Positions 6,935 through 15,007 of a stretch of DNA of 18,325 nucleotides are shown here, piece by piece. The translations under genes were made by a program, and so were the position numbers. Every line of letters starts with the position of its first letter. The first letter of the stretch is position 1. Under the pieces are notes generated by a model. It searched no databases. It was not told where the DNA came from and saw only the letters and a program-made list of their open reading frames with translations. Where the stretch lies: the NCBI GenBank assembly GCA_038208905.1, contig JBBQYG010000071.1, positions 1 to 18,325 on the forward strand, in the 5' to 3' direction. Source of the stretch: Candidatus Sumerlaeia bacterium (GTDB lineage Bacteria > Sumerlaeota > Sumerlaeia > SLMS01).

Positions 6935-8652
6935 AGCAGCGGCCTTCCCAGCGCCACGTATAGACGCGCGAGCGAAATCTGGTAATCCAGGAATGCGTTG
7001 TTGATGCGGGTCTGGGACTGGAAGAGATCGTCCTGCGCGAGGCGCACTTCAGTGACCGTCGCGAATCCCACCTCGAAGCGGCCGTTGATCAGCTCCAAGC
7101 TCTTTCGCGCTTGCTCCACGCTCTTGCTCAGAATGGTCAGCGTGGCCTCCGTCGCCAAGATGTTGCGTCGGGAGGCGAGGACTTCCTGCGTCAGGTCCCG
7201 CTCGGTGGAAAGGCGGTTGGTCCGCTGCTGCTCCAGGCGGATGACCGCCCGGCGATGGGACTCCCGGCGCTGGATATTGGGGATCGGGATGCGCAGGCCC
7301 AGGCCCGCGTCCCACGAGTTGTCCTCCAGGCCCGCCGCCTCGGTAAATTCCTCGCCCGCGTCGGTGCGGCCGAATCCCGCGTCGAAATCGAGCTGGGGGA
7401 GCAGGTCGTTGCGCGCCAGGCGGCGGTCGATCTCCGAAAGCGCCAGCGACAAGTCCGACCGCATGAGTTCGAGACGCGAATTCAGCGCCTCCTGCACGGA
7501 ATCCTCCGCGGCGGGAACGTCCACCCGGCCCAGCTCCACCAGTTCCGGCGTGATGTCGATGAACGAGATCGGCGTATCGAGCGGAAGGCCCAGCAGGATC
7601 AGCATGTTCTCGCGCTGCTCGTCGAGCTGGCGGCGGCGGCTGATTGCGGTTTCGAGTTCGTTGAGGTAGTTGATCTCCGCGCGCAGGATTTCTGACTCGT
7701 CCACGCGCCCCACGTCATAGCGCACCTGGGTCTCCTCCATGAACTTGAGGCGTTCCTGGATGGCGTCGCGCGAGACCAGGAGCTGTCGCGCGGACTGGAG
7801 AATTCTGAAGTAGTTGCTGATGACGTTGAAGGTCACGTCGCGCGTCTGAATCTGGTCGGCCATGACCTGATCCATTTCCGAGATGCGCGCGCGGCGAAGT
7901 TCCGCCGTTCCCGCGTCAAAGCCGCCGCCCCGCAGGAGCGGCTGGAGGAAGCGCACGTCCACGCGGGAGTCGTAGTCCTTCGTATCGCTGAGTTGCCCCG
8001 ATCCGTCCTTGATGATCGTGTCGTTGCGCCCGGTAACTCCGCTGGCAGTGATCGAACCGCCGCTCTTCAGGTCAACGCCGCCCTCGGCTCCCACCTCGTT
8101 GCGGAACGTCCGCGTGTTCCTGGTGGTCGTCGTGGGATCCGGTTCGGCAAGTGGATCATTAGGATCCGGCGCAGCCGCACGTTCCGCGTTGATGTCGCGG
8201 TCCTCGCGGACGCGGCTGTTGGCGATCAGGTCCACGAAGGGAATGAAAGGCGCCTCGGCGGTGGTCGTGTTGGAGCGGGCGATGCGCACGCTGCGCTCGG
8301 AATTCTCGAGGGTAAAGTTCTGCGCCAGCGCCAGATCGACAAGGCGGGGGAGCGTTATCCTCGAATGGCGGGCCGTCTCGGGAACCTCTGGAAAGATGAT
8401 CGCGCTGGTCCCCCGGTCCTCCGCGACAACGGTGAGCGAGCGAAGATACTCCGCGGCCAGCGTGGACCCAACCCCCTCGGGATACCTTAGGTCCTCGTAG
8501 CCCGGCAGCTCGCCGGGCTTGAGGATGATGATTCCCGAACTCGTCTTCGCGTGCCCGGTCATATCGACCGGGTCCATTGCCCACGCGGTGGAGAGCGCAA
8601 GGCAGAGCGCCCCTACCAGTCCTGACAGTCTTCCCCACTCACCTGCCGCCAT
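6931..8652 (-). CDS. TolC-family outer membrane channel
   Basis: Start re-assigned to ATG 8652 (signal peptide MAAGEWGRLSGLVGALCLALSTAWA). OEP repeat motifs: ITLPRLVDLALAQN, QPLLRGGG, YFRIL, RYDVGR, ALNSRLEL, NDLLPQLD, RFEVGFATVTEVRLAQ, LYVALG. Confidence 0.93.
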   Translation of the reverse strand: MAAGEWGRLSGLVGALCLALSTAWAMDPVDMTGHAKTSSGIIILKPGELPGYEDLRYPEGVGSTLAAEYLRSLTVVAEDRGTSAIIFPEVPETARHSRITLPRLVDLALAQNFTLENSERSVRIARSNTTTAEAPFIPFVDLIANSRVREDRDINAERAAAPDPNDPLAEPDPTTTTRNTRTFRNEVGAEGGVDLKSGGSITASGVTGRNDTIIKDGSGQLSDTKDYDSRVDVRFLQPLLRGGGFDAGTAELRRARISEMDQVMADQIQTRDVTFNVISNYFRILQSARQLLVSRDAIQERLKFMEETQVRYDVGRVDESEILRAEINYLNELETAISRRRQLDEQRENMLILLGLPLDTPISFIDITPELVELGRVDVPAAEDSVQEALNSRLELMRSDLSLALSEIDRRLARNDLLPQLDFDAGFGRTDAGEEFTEAAGLEDNSWDAGLGLRIPIPNIQRRESHRRAVIRLEQQRTNRLSTERDLTQEVLASRRNILATEATLTILSKSVEQARKSLELINGRFEVGFATVTEVRLAQDDLFQSQTRINNAFLDYQISLARLYVALGRPLL

Positions 8653-8856
8653 GCAATTCCCCCTCGGAAAGCTGGAACCAACTTCCAACGGTCCGATCTT
8701 CGCGGCAACCGTATCTTTCGCGAAATGACGATTGCCCTTGCCGTTGTGGGGCCCAGAAAGGAAGGCAGACCGTCCGCAACGGAGCCCTCCGTGGTTCCCG
8801 AGCACATTTGGCAGCGCCCAATCACCCACTCGCAAGGACCCCGGCCCCCCAATTTC

Positions 8857-9699
8857 ATGGAGACGATATCCACCGTCCAGGCAATGCGCGACAAGGCCCG
8901 AGAGCTGCGGCGTTCGGGAAAGAAGATTGCCTTCGTCCCCACCATGGGCGCCCTCCACCGCGGTCACGTGAAGCTCATCGAGCGCGCCAAGCAATCCGGC
9001 GATACCGTGGTGGTGTCCATCTTCGTCAACCCGCGCCAGTTCAACGATCCCGCCGATCTCGCGAAATACCCACGCGACCTCGAGAAGGACAAAAAGCTCT
9101 GCGCCAAGGCGGGCGCACACATCGTCTTCGCGCCCGCCGGGGACGACATGTATCCGCCCGGATTTCTCACCACCGCCAGCGTAAGCCTCCTGACCGCGAA
9201 GTTCGAGGGCGAGCACCGCCCCGGCCACTTCCGCGGCGTTTGCACCGTCGTCCTCAAGCTGCTCATCATCGTCCAGCCCGCCACCCTGATCCTTGGCCTA
9301 AAGGACGCCCAGCAGTTCACCGTCCTCCAGCACATGATTGACGACCTATGCCTCGACGTGGAGGTGATCGGCGTGACCACCGTCCGGGACAAGGACGGGC
9401 TGGCGCTCTCCAGCCGCAACGTCCTGCTCAGCAAGGATGACCGCGCCAAGGCCCTCAGCATGAGCCGCGCCCTCAAGCGCGTCCACTTCCTCGTCCGCAA
9501 GCAGGGCATCCTCCACGCGGGCGAGCTGATGGGAGCCATCCGGTCCACGATCGAGGGCGAGGACGTCGAACTCGACTACGCCGCCATCGTCAACCGCACG
9601 ACGCTGGAGCCCCTCGACCACGTGGTCCGCGGCGGCACCTATGTGCTGCTGGCGATCCGCGTTGGTGGCGTCCGCTTGATCGATACCACGCGCATCTAA
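8857..9699 (+). CDS. panC: Pantoate--beta-alanine ligase (pantothenate synthetase)
   Basis: FVPTMGALHRGH, VSIFVNPRQF, YPRDLEKD, EGEHRPGHFRGVCTVVLKL, GLKDAQQ, VRDKDGLALSSRN, RLID. Start at ATG 8857 gives 280 aa, a typical length. Confidence 0.97.
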   Translation: METISTVQAMRDKARELRRSGKKIAFVPTMGALHRGHVKLIERAKQSGDTVVVSIFVNPRQFNDPADLAKYPRDLEKDKKLCAKAGAHIVFAPAGDDMYPPGFLTTASVSLLTAKFEGEHRPGHFRGVCTVVLKLLIIVQPATLILGLKDAQQFTVLQHMIDDLCLDVEVIGVTTVRDKDGLALSSRNVLLSKDDRAKALSMSRALKRVHFLVRKQGILHAGELMGAIRSTIEGEDVELDYAAIVNRTTLEPLDHVVRGGTYVLLAIRVGGVRLIDTTRI

Positions 9700-9832
9700 G
9701 AAGGCCAAAACGGGTTCCGCGAAATTGGACCGAGGGGCTTCGCGTTTTCCTTGACCGTCGGATTTATAAAAGGCTTTCTCTCGCTCGTCGGGCGGGAACC
9801 GCCCCAATTTTCCGCCCCGAAACGGATCGCGC

Positions 9833-10054
9833 ATGGCATCCAGAAATTCGCATCGCTCCCACCCCCTTCTCACCTTGGATGCCGCCATCGCGGCCACCGC
9901 GCGGCCCCGCCAATTCAAGGACACCGACCCCCAGATGCTCTTTGCCATCTGGCAGATGGAACTCGGCGCCGACCCTGATCGCTCGCTCGACGAAGTTCAG
10001 GACGCCGAAGTCGTTTACGACAAGTTCCGCCCCCGTTTGGCGCCGCGCCGATAG
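9833..10054 (+). CDS. Small hypothetical protein (73 aa)
   Basis: ATG-initiated, fills the panC-cobA gap on the same strand, third codon positions are mostly G/C, and composition is protein-like (DPQMLFAIWQMELGADPDRSLDEV). Confidence 0.6.
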   Translation: MASRNSHRSHPLLTLDAAIAATARPRQFKDTDPQMLFAIWQMELGADPDRSLDEVQDAEVVYDKFRPRLAPRR

Positions 10055-10168
10055 GGGAGGATTAGCGGTCTTCCCTTTACTCCCGCGCCCGCCGCAACAA
10101 TTCTCCGGCACATTGGATCATCAGCCGCGCCGCGGGCACGGCCAAGACGGCGCTCCGGAGCCCCAACC

Positions 10169-11887
10169 GTGGAGTCAGTCACAGGCATTGCACACCTCGT
10201 GGGCATAGGCTCCGGCAGGCCGAGCCTGCTTTCCGGCGAGGCGCGTCACGCAATCCGGGCAGCCGAATGCGCCGTTTACCAGGAAAGCCTTCCCCCCGCC
10301 ATCCTCGCCCTCCTCCCCGACGAGGCCGTGCGCCATTGCCTGGTCTCTCGCGGCGCCAGCGCCACGGAGGAGGAGCATTTCCTGCTCGCGCGCCTCGTGC
10401 GCTCGGGGCAGCGCGTGGTCCGGCTGTTTTCCGGCGATCCGCTTCACTGCGGCGGCATCTCCGAAGTGGCGATCTACCTCGCCTCCCAGGCGATTCCGTT
10501 CGAGGTTGTCCCAGGGATCGATGCGCTTGGAATCCTGGCTGCGGAGTGCGGCATTCCGCTCCTGCATCCCGGAGTGGCAAATTCACTCCTTGTGGTGCGC
10601 GGCCCGCTCTGGCGCGAGCCCGCGCCGGCTATCGTGGAGGAACCCGCCGCGCCGCAGGCGCAGCCCGCCGAGCGTCGACCCGGCGTGAGCGTGCAGCGCC
10701 GCCACAAGGAACCCGGCCTCGTGGACGAGCCGCAATTGCGGCCTGGGATGCGCATGAAGCTGTCGCCCGAGGGCATGTGGATTTCGAGTACCGGCGGCGA
10801 CGCCGCGCCCCCTCTGCGTCTGGAGGAAGACGCGGACGAACGCCCGGGAGCGCGGGTCGAATGGCCTTCCCTATGCCGCGCCGCCGATTCCTTGGTGTTC
10901 CTCAACTGCGGCCATCAGTTCGATCTGATCGGCACTGGCCTCCTCGGCGGGGGGCGCCCACCCTCGGAGCCCGTCGCGATTCTCTCACCCGAGACACGCG
11001 GCCATTGGCGTTGCCGGGTCGTGTCCGTGCGCGAGCTGTCTCGGATTAAGCCAGAGGCCCCCGCCTCTGTCGTGGTTGTGGGCGACGCGGTGGCGTTGCG
11101 GGAGGTGATCCTGCCCCATCGCCAAAAGCCGCTGGAGGGCATCGCCATCGGCATCGCGGGCCCCGAGAACGGCTCCGTCGCCGAGGCTCTCGCGTTCAAC
11201 GGCGCCCGCGTCGTGTTCTACAATATCCTGCGCGCCCATCCCGTGGACGGCATCGGGGAGGAACTCGCCCTGCTGGCCGACGACCTGCGCGCGGCGACTC
11301 ACTTACTCGCGACCTCGCCGGAGTCTGCGCGGCACCTTTTCTCGGGACTTCGCGAGGCGGGTTTGGACGCCCGTGTCATTCCGGAGTTCTGCCGCCTTGC
11401 CGTGGCGGGGTCAGCCTCAGCAGAGGTTTTCTCTGCGCAGGGATTCCGCGTCGACGCGCTTCCCCAGCAGCCCTCCGTGCGGGATATTCTGGACGCATGG
11501 GGAGAGGACCTTTCCACCGCCCGGATCATGCTGTTTTGCGATTCTCCGGGGGAGCCCATCATCGTCTCGCAGCTGCGCCCCTACGGTGCCCGCGTCTCCG
11601 AAATCCCCGTGTGCGCGTTCGAGCCCAACAACCGAGAGCTGGCGCGCCTTGGCGACGATTTGCAGGCGCACTCGCTGGACTACATCGCGTTTTCGACGCC
11701 GGCCGCCGTGCGCGTCTTCGCCGCCCACTGGTCGCCCGATGCGTTTCGGCGCATTGCCGATTCCGCGCCCGCCATCTCGCTCTCGGAACGCGCGACGGAG
11801 CAGATGCTCCATTCCTCCATCACGCCCGCGATCGAGGCAGAGGAACCCGCCGCGCTCATCAAGGCACTACGAACCCGCCGCGCCTAG
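10169..11887 (+). CDS. CobA(SUMT)-HemD fusion homolog (uroporphyrinogen-III methyltransferase/synthase architecture), strongly divergent
   Basis: Tetrapyrrole methylase landmarks HLVGIGSGRPSLLS, VVRLFSGDP, FEVVPGI, GIPL, PVAI, PASVVVVGDAVALR; linker KPLEG; HemD landmarks LLATSPESARHLF, GLDAR, LAVAGSASAE, LDYIAFSTPAAVRVF. Confidence 0.85.
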   Translation: MESVTGIAHLVGIGSGRPSLLSGEARHAIRAAECAVYQESLPPAILALLPDEAVRHCLVSRGASATEEEHFLLARLVRSGQRVVRLFSGDPLHCGGISEVAIYLASQAIPFEVVPGIDALGILAAECGIPLLHPGVANSLLVVRGPLWREPAPAIVEEPAAPQAQPAERRPGVSVQRRHKEPGLVDEPQLRPGMRMKLSPEGMWISSTGGDAAPPLRLEEDADERPGARVEWPSLCRAADSLVFLNCGHQFDLIGTGLLGGGRPPSEPVAILSPETRGHWRCRVVSVRELSRIKPEAPASVVVVGDAVALREVILPHRQKPLEGIAIGIAGPENGSVAEALAFNGARVVFYNILRAHPVDGIGEELALLADDLRAATHLLATSPESARHLFSGLREAGLDARVIPEFCRLAVAGSASAEVFSAQGFRVDALPQQPSVRDILDAWGEDLSTARIMLFCDSPGEPIIVSQLRPYGARVSEIPVCAFEPNNRELARLGDDLQAHSLDYIAFSTPAAVRVFAAHWSPDAFRRIADSAPAISLSERATEQMLHSSITPAIEAEEPAALIKALRTRRA

Positions 11888-13021
11888 CGCGCGCCCATAG
11901 GCGACCAGGTATTCCTCGGCTGTGGAAGCGATGGAGAAGTTTTCCTCCGCATGTCGCCGACAGCCTGCGCGTATTTCGTCGCCGCGCGATTGAATCGCCT
12001 CTGCCCCCGCCAACGTCGCATTCGCCCAAGCCGCCGCACTGTCGCCCTCCACCAGCCAGCCAAATGGCATCGGCGGGAGGAGTTCCTCAGGCCCCGCCCC
12101 GACGCGCGCCACCACGGGCATGCCCGACGCCAGTGCCTCCGCGATCGCAAGGCCAAAGGGCTCGTCCCGCGATGGATGCAGCAGGATGTCCGCCGCCGCC
12201 AGCGCCGTTGCCGCCACCGGTACCTGACCCATCAGGCGCACCGCGCCCGATAAATCGAGCGCCGACGCCCGCGCCCGAAGGCGCCGCGCCAGCGGGCCCT
12301 CCCCCGCGAACGCGAGCACTGCGGCTGGCAGCGCACGGCGAAGGCGCGCCACAGCCTCCAGCGCCACCATCGGCGCCTTGCGCTCGATCAGCGACCCCAG
12401 CACGAGGACCAGCGGAAAAGCGTCACGCGGCAGTCCTAGTTCCGACCGCGCGGCAAGGCGCTGCTCTGTTGTGGGCACCGCAATCGTGGAAAGATCGACG
12501 CCATTCCCAACCTCGATGATGCGGCGCGCGGGAACTCCTTCTCTCAGCAGGTCGCGCCGCACCTTGTGCGAGATCGCACATACCGTCACGTGACGGGTGA
12601 GGCTTTGCAGATACCAGCGCCTGACCAGAGGCCGCAGGAGGGGGCCCCGCTCGCCCCACGCATGGACGCCGTGCTCGGTGACCAACAGTGGCAGGCCCGA
12701 GCCTTCCGCGGCCGCGCGCCCCGTGACATCTGCGCGCAGCAGGTGCGCGTGGAGCACGTTCGCGTCCCACTCCTGCGCCAGCTTCGCAACCCGCGCACCT
12801 GCCCGCGCCGCGCGATGGAATTGCATCGGCACGGCGGCGGTTTGCCCGCCAAGGCGCGACACTTCTCCCTCCATGGCCAACCGCAAGGGACCGTCTTCCC
12901 GAAGCGACACGACGCTGACACGGATGTCCTCCGCTTGCCATTGCCTCAACAGGTCCAGAACCAGACGCCCAGGACCATCGGCCTCGAAGCCGCGGAGGAT
13001 TGTAAGCACATGGGGAGTCAA
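11867..13021 (-). CDS. Glycosyltransferase family 4 (retaining GT-B)
   Basis: LHAHL, VTEHG, VGNGVD, GSLIERKA, AGEGPL, ADILLHPSRDEPFGLAIAEALASGMPVVA (E-x7-E), ENFS. TTG start is uncertain. 3' end overlaps the convergent cobA-hemD by 21 bp. Confidence 0.95.
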   Translation of the reverse strand: MTPHVLTILRGFEADGPGRLVLDLLRQWQAEDIRVSVVSLREDGPLRLAMEGEVSRLGGQTAAVPMQFHRAARAGARVAKLAQEWDANVLHAHLLRADVTGRAAAEGSGLPLLVTEHGVHAWGERGPLLRPLVRRWYLQSLTRHVTVCAISHKVRRDLLREGVPARRIIEVGNGVDLSTIAVPTTEQRLAARSELGLPRDAFPLVLVLGSLIERKAPMVALEAVARLRRALPAAVLAFAGEGPLARRLRARASALDLSGAVRLMGQVPVAATALAAADILLHPSRDEPFGLAIAEALASGMPVVARVGAGPEELLPPMPFGWLVEGDSAAAWANATLAGAEAIQSRGDEIRAGCRRHAEENFSIASTAEEYLVAYGRALGAAGS

Positions 13022-13084
13022 GGCGCTACAATTCCCCCTTGCCTGATGGCGCCCCGGCGATAGGCAATTGGGGCCGCACCGTGT

Positions 13085-13169
13085 GCAGGCGTGGCGAAAC
13101 TGGCAGACGCGCTGGATTTAGGTTCCAGTGGGGCAACCCGTGAAGGTTCGAGTCCTTTCGCCTGCACCA
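13085..13169 (+). tRNA. tRNA-Leu(TAG), 85 nt, CCA encoded
   Basis: Acceptor stem GCAGGCG/CGCCTGC followed by A-CCA; D-loop TGGCAGAC; anticodon arm CTGGA-TTTAGGT-TCCAG (TAG at 13119-13121); long variable arm GGG-GCAA-CCC; T-loop GGTTCGAGTCC. Confidence 0.98.
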
Positions 13170-13179
13170 TTTTGAATAT

Positions 13180-13200
13180 GGGAATAGGGAATCGGGAATG
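13180..13200 (+). repeat. Three tandem 7-mers GGGAAT(A/C/G)
   Basis: gggaata gggaatc gggaatg, 10 nt after the tRNA CCA. Confidence 0.6.
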
Positions 13201-13221
13201 GCGGCGCGGGCCGTTGGGCGT

Positions 13222-14841
13222 CTATTCATTCTGATTTTCCACCTCCACCAGTCTTCCCATCGAAATGCCGATTGGATGAAGCACCTCGAAGCTCCTTCCG
13301 CCCTTGAGGGGCGTTGATGGATTCGGAAGCGGCGGAAACGGCGGCAGGGTCTGAAGCTCCCACGAGCGCCCGGGCAGCTTCGCCTCGCCCTCAGCGAATT
13401 CATAGCGATCAGCCAGATAGACAAGCGTCGGCGGCGCGCCGAAGGGCAGCCTCGCCGTCAGGCGGTCTGGCTGCGCGCGCAAGAAGTCCCCGATCTCGCG
13501 CATCTCGACGTTGAACTCCTGTCTGACCATCGGATGCTTTGGCCACGCGGCGAGGCGGCGGAATTCGATCACGCCGAATGCCGCGAGGAGCGTGGCGCAA
13601 AGCACCATCGCGCGCTTCTCGTTGGGGAACGAAGACGCCATCGCCTCGATTGCGCGCGCACAGAAAAGCGCCACCACCGGAGTCAGGATCACGAGCCTTA
13701 GCATGTTGGGCGCGCCGAAGCTGAGGATCGAGGCGAGGCTCCCCACCAGGAGCCATGACAGCAGCAACAGCGTGGCGATTGATCCTTTCGCCTTGCGAAT
13801 TGTCGCAAGGATCCCCGCATAGAAGACCAATCCCATTGCCAGCGGCAGCGCGGGCACTCCGGTGCCGTGGGGATCGGGTGGCGGCGTGCCCGCCGCGCGT
13901 GCGGCGTCTTCCGCGTCTCGCCATCGCGCCGCGACTTCCTCGCCGGGCATCGGGTTCCATTGGATGAACTCAGGAGGTCCGGGAAGGTTGTGCTTCCCCA
14001 CATGGTCCCCGCGCACGAGCGGCATCAGCGCCACGTCGCGGGCCTGGGCCAGCAGCAGCGCGGCGCCGCCGGGCTTGTTGAGGAAGTTCACCTCGTCGCT
14101 GCGTCCGGCGAAGTGATGGGGATTCCGTGCGTAGTCGATTCCAAGCGGCAGGAACACGAGCAGCGCCGCCGCCGCCGCAATGGCATAGAGTTTCGCCAGC
14201 GTCGCGCGTGGCATGTCGCATCGCCACAGTGCCAGTCCCGCCGGAATCGCCATTGCCAGTGGCATCAGCCGAAACGCCAGATAGGTGTACATCCCCGCCC
14301 CCAACCAGAAGCCGCACCACGCCGCGTCGGCGGGGGAGCGCCGCCGCGCCATCCGCAGGAAGTGCCACGCCACCATCGTCATGCACAGCGGCGCCATGAT
14401 CGTGCGGAATCCCAGCGCGCTGAAGTGAATATGCCACCGCATCAGCGCCAGCGTCGCCGCCGCGATGATCGCCACGCGGGCACCGGACCACTCGCGCGCC
14501 AGCAGCCACACCGCGGGAATCGTCGCGATTCCGATGAAGACCGCCGTTGCCCGAAAGGCCACTGCTGAGGCGCCGCCAAACCACACGAATACCGCGCCGA
14601 TCCACATGAAGAGCGGTTCGCGCATGTGGTTGTTGCTGTCGAAGAAGATCGGGAACCCGAGCCCCCGCGCAATCCGCAGCGACTCGATCGCGTCCAGCGC
14701 CTCGTCGTAGTAGAGGCCGGGCACCCGGGGCAGATGCCAGATACGGATCGCGGCGCCCACGGCGATGACCAGCAGCAGCAGCGGCAACTCCCATCGCTGG
14801 AGTGCCCGGGGGACCTGCGATTGTGTCGGGTTTTCGCTCAT
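13222..14841 (-). CDS. GT-C integral membrane glycosyltransferase (ArnT/PMT-like, GT83/GT39)
   Basis: First TM followed by PGLYYDEALD (acidic DE loop), REPLF, AFRATAVFIGIATIPAVWLLARE, WHIHFS, GAGMYTY, about 11-13 hydrophobic segments and a short C-terminal soluble domain. Confidence 0.9.
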   Translation of the reverse strand: MSENPTQSQVPRALQRWELPLLLLVIAVGAAIRIWHLPRVPGLYYDEALDAIESLRIARGLGFPIFFDSNNHMREPLFMWIGAVFVWFGGASAVAFRATAVFIGIATIPAVWLLAREWSGARVAIIAAATLALMRWHIHFSALGFRTIMAPLCMTMVAWHFLRMARRRSPADAAWCGFWLGAGMYTYLAFRLMPLAMAIPAGLALWRCDMPRATLAKLYAIAAAAALLVFLPLGIDYARNPHHFAGRSDEVNFLNKPGGAALLLAQARDVALMPLVRGDHVGKHNLPGPPEFIQWNPMPGEEVAARWRDAEDAARAAGTPPPDPHGTGVPALPLAMGLVFYAGILATIRKAKGSIATLLLLSWLLVGSLASILSFGAPNMLRLVILTPVVALFCARAIEAMASSFPNEKRAMVLCATLLAAFGVIEFRRLAAWPKHPMVRQEFNVEMREIGDFLRAQPDRLTARLPFGAPPTLVYLADRYEFAEGEAKLPGRSWELQTLPPFPPLPNPSTPLKGGRSFEVLHPIGISMGRLVEVENQNE

Positions 14842-15007
14842 GCGTTACTTATCCGCCGGGAACGCTAGGAGTCGCCACCGAAAAACAGCCTTCGATACAG
14901 CCGCCTCGCGGACGCCAGGGAATCGCCCTGTTGCAATTGGCACGTCTCGGCGTCCACATTCTATTGAGGCGGTCCTCTCCGGGTCACACACTCCCACCCA
15001 CTTTGCC

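Noticed and set aside
8716-8792. Short palindromes TTTCGCGAAA and ACGGAG-cc-CTCCGT in the tolC-panC gap
   Set aside because: Too short and not repeated; cannot be told apart from chance.
8653-9228. N-terminal 192 aa of the 765-aa ORF-track TolC
   Set aside because: It is antisense to panC and its upstream region; the signal peptide starts at ATG 8652.
9751-9770. TTGACC...TATAAA sigma-70 promoter
   Set aside because: The spacer is only 8 nt.
10604-10855. Intein in the CobA domain
   Set aside because: No C/S start or HN-C/S/T end, and too short.
13783-13793. 11-bp match (TCCTTTCGCCT) to the tRNA 3' end as a possible att site
   Set aside because: Short, inside an intact CDS, and there is no integrase or island signature.
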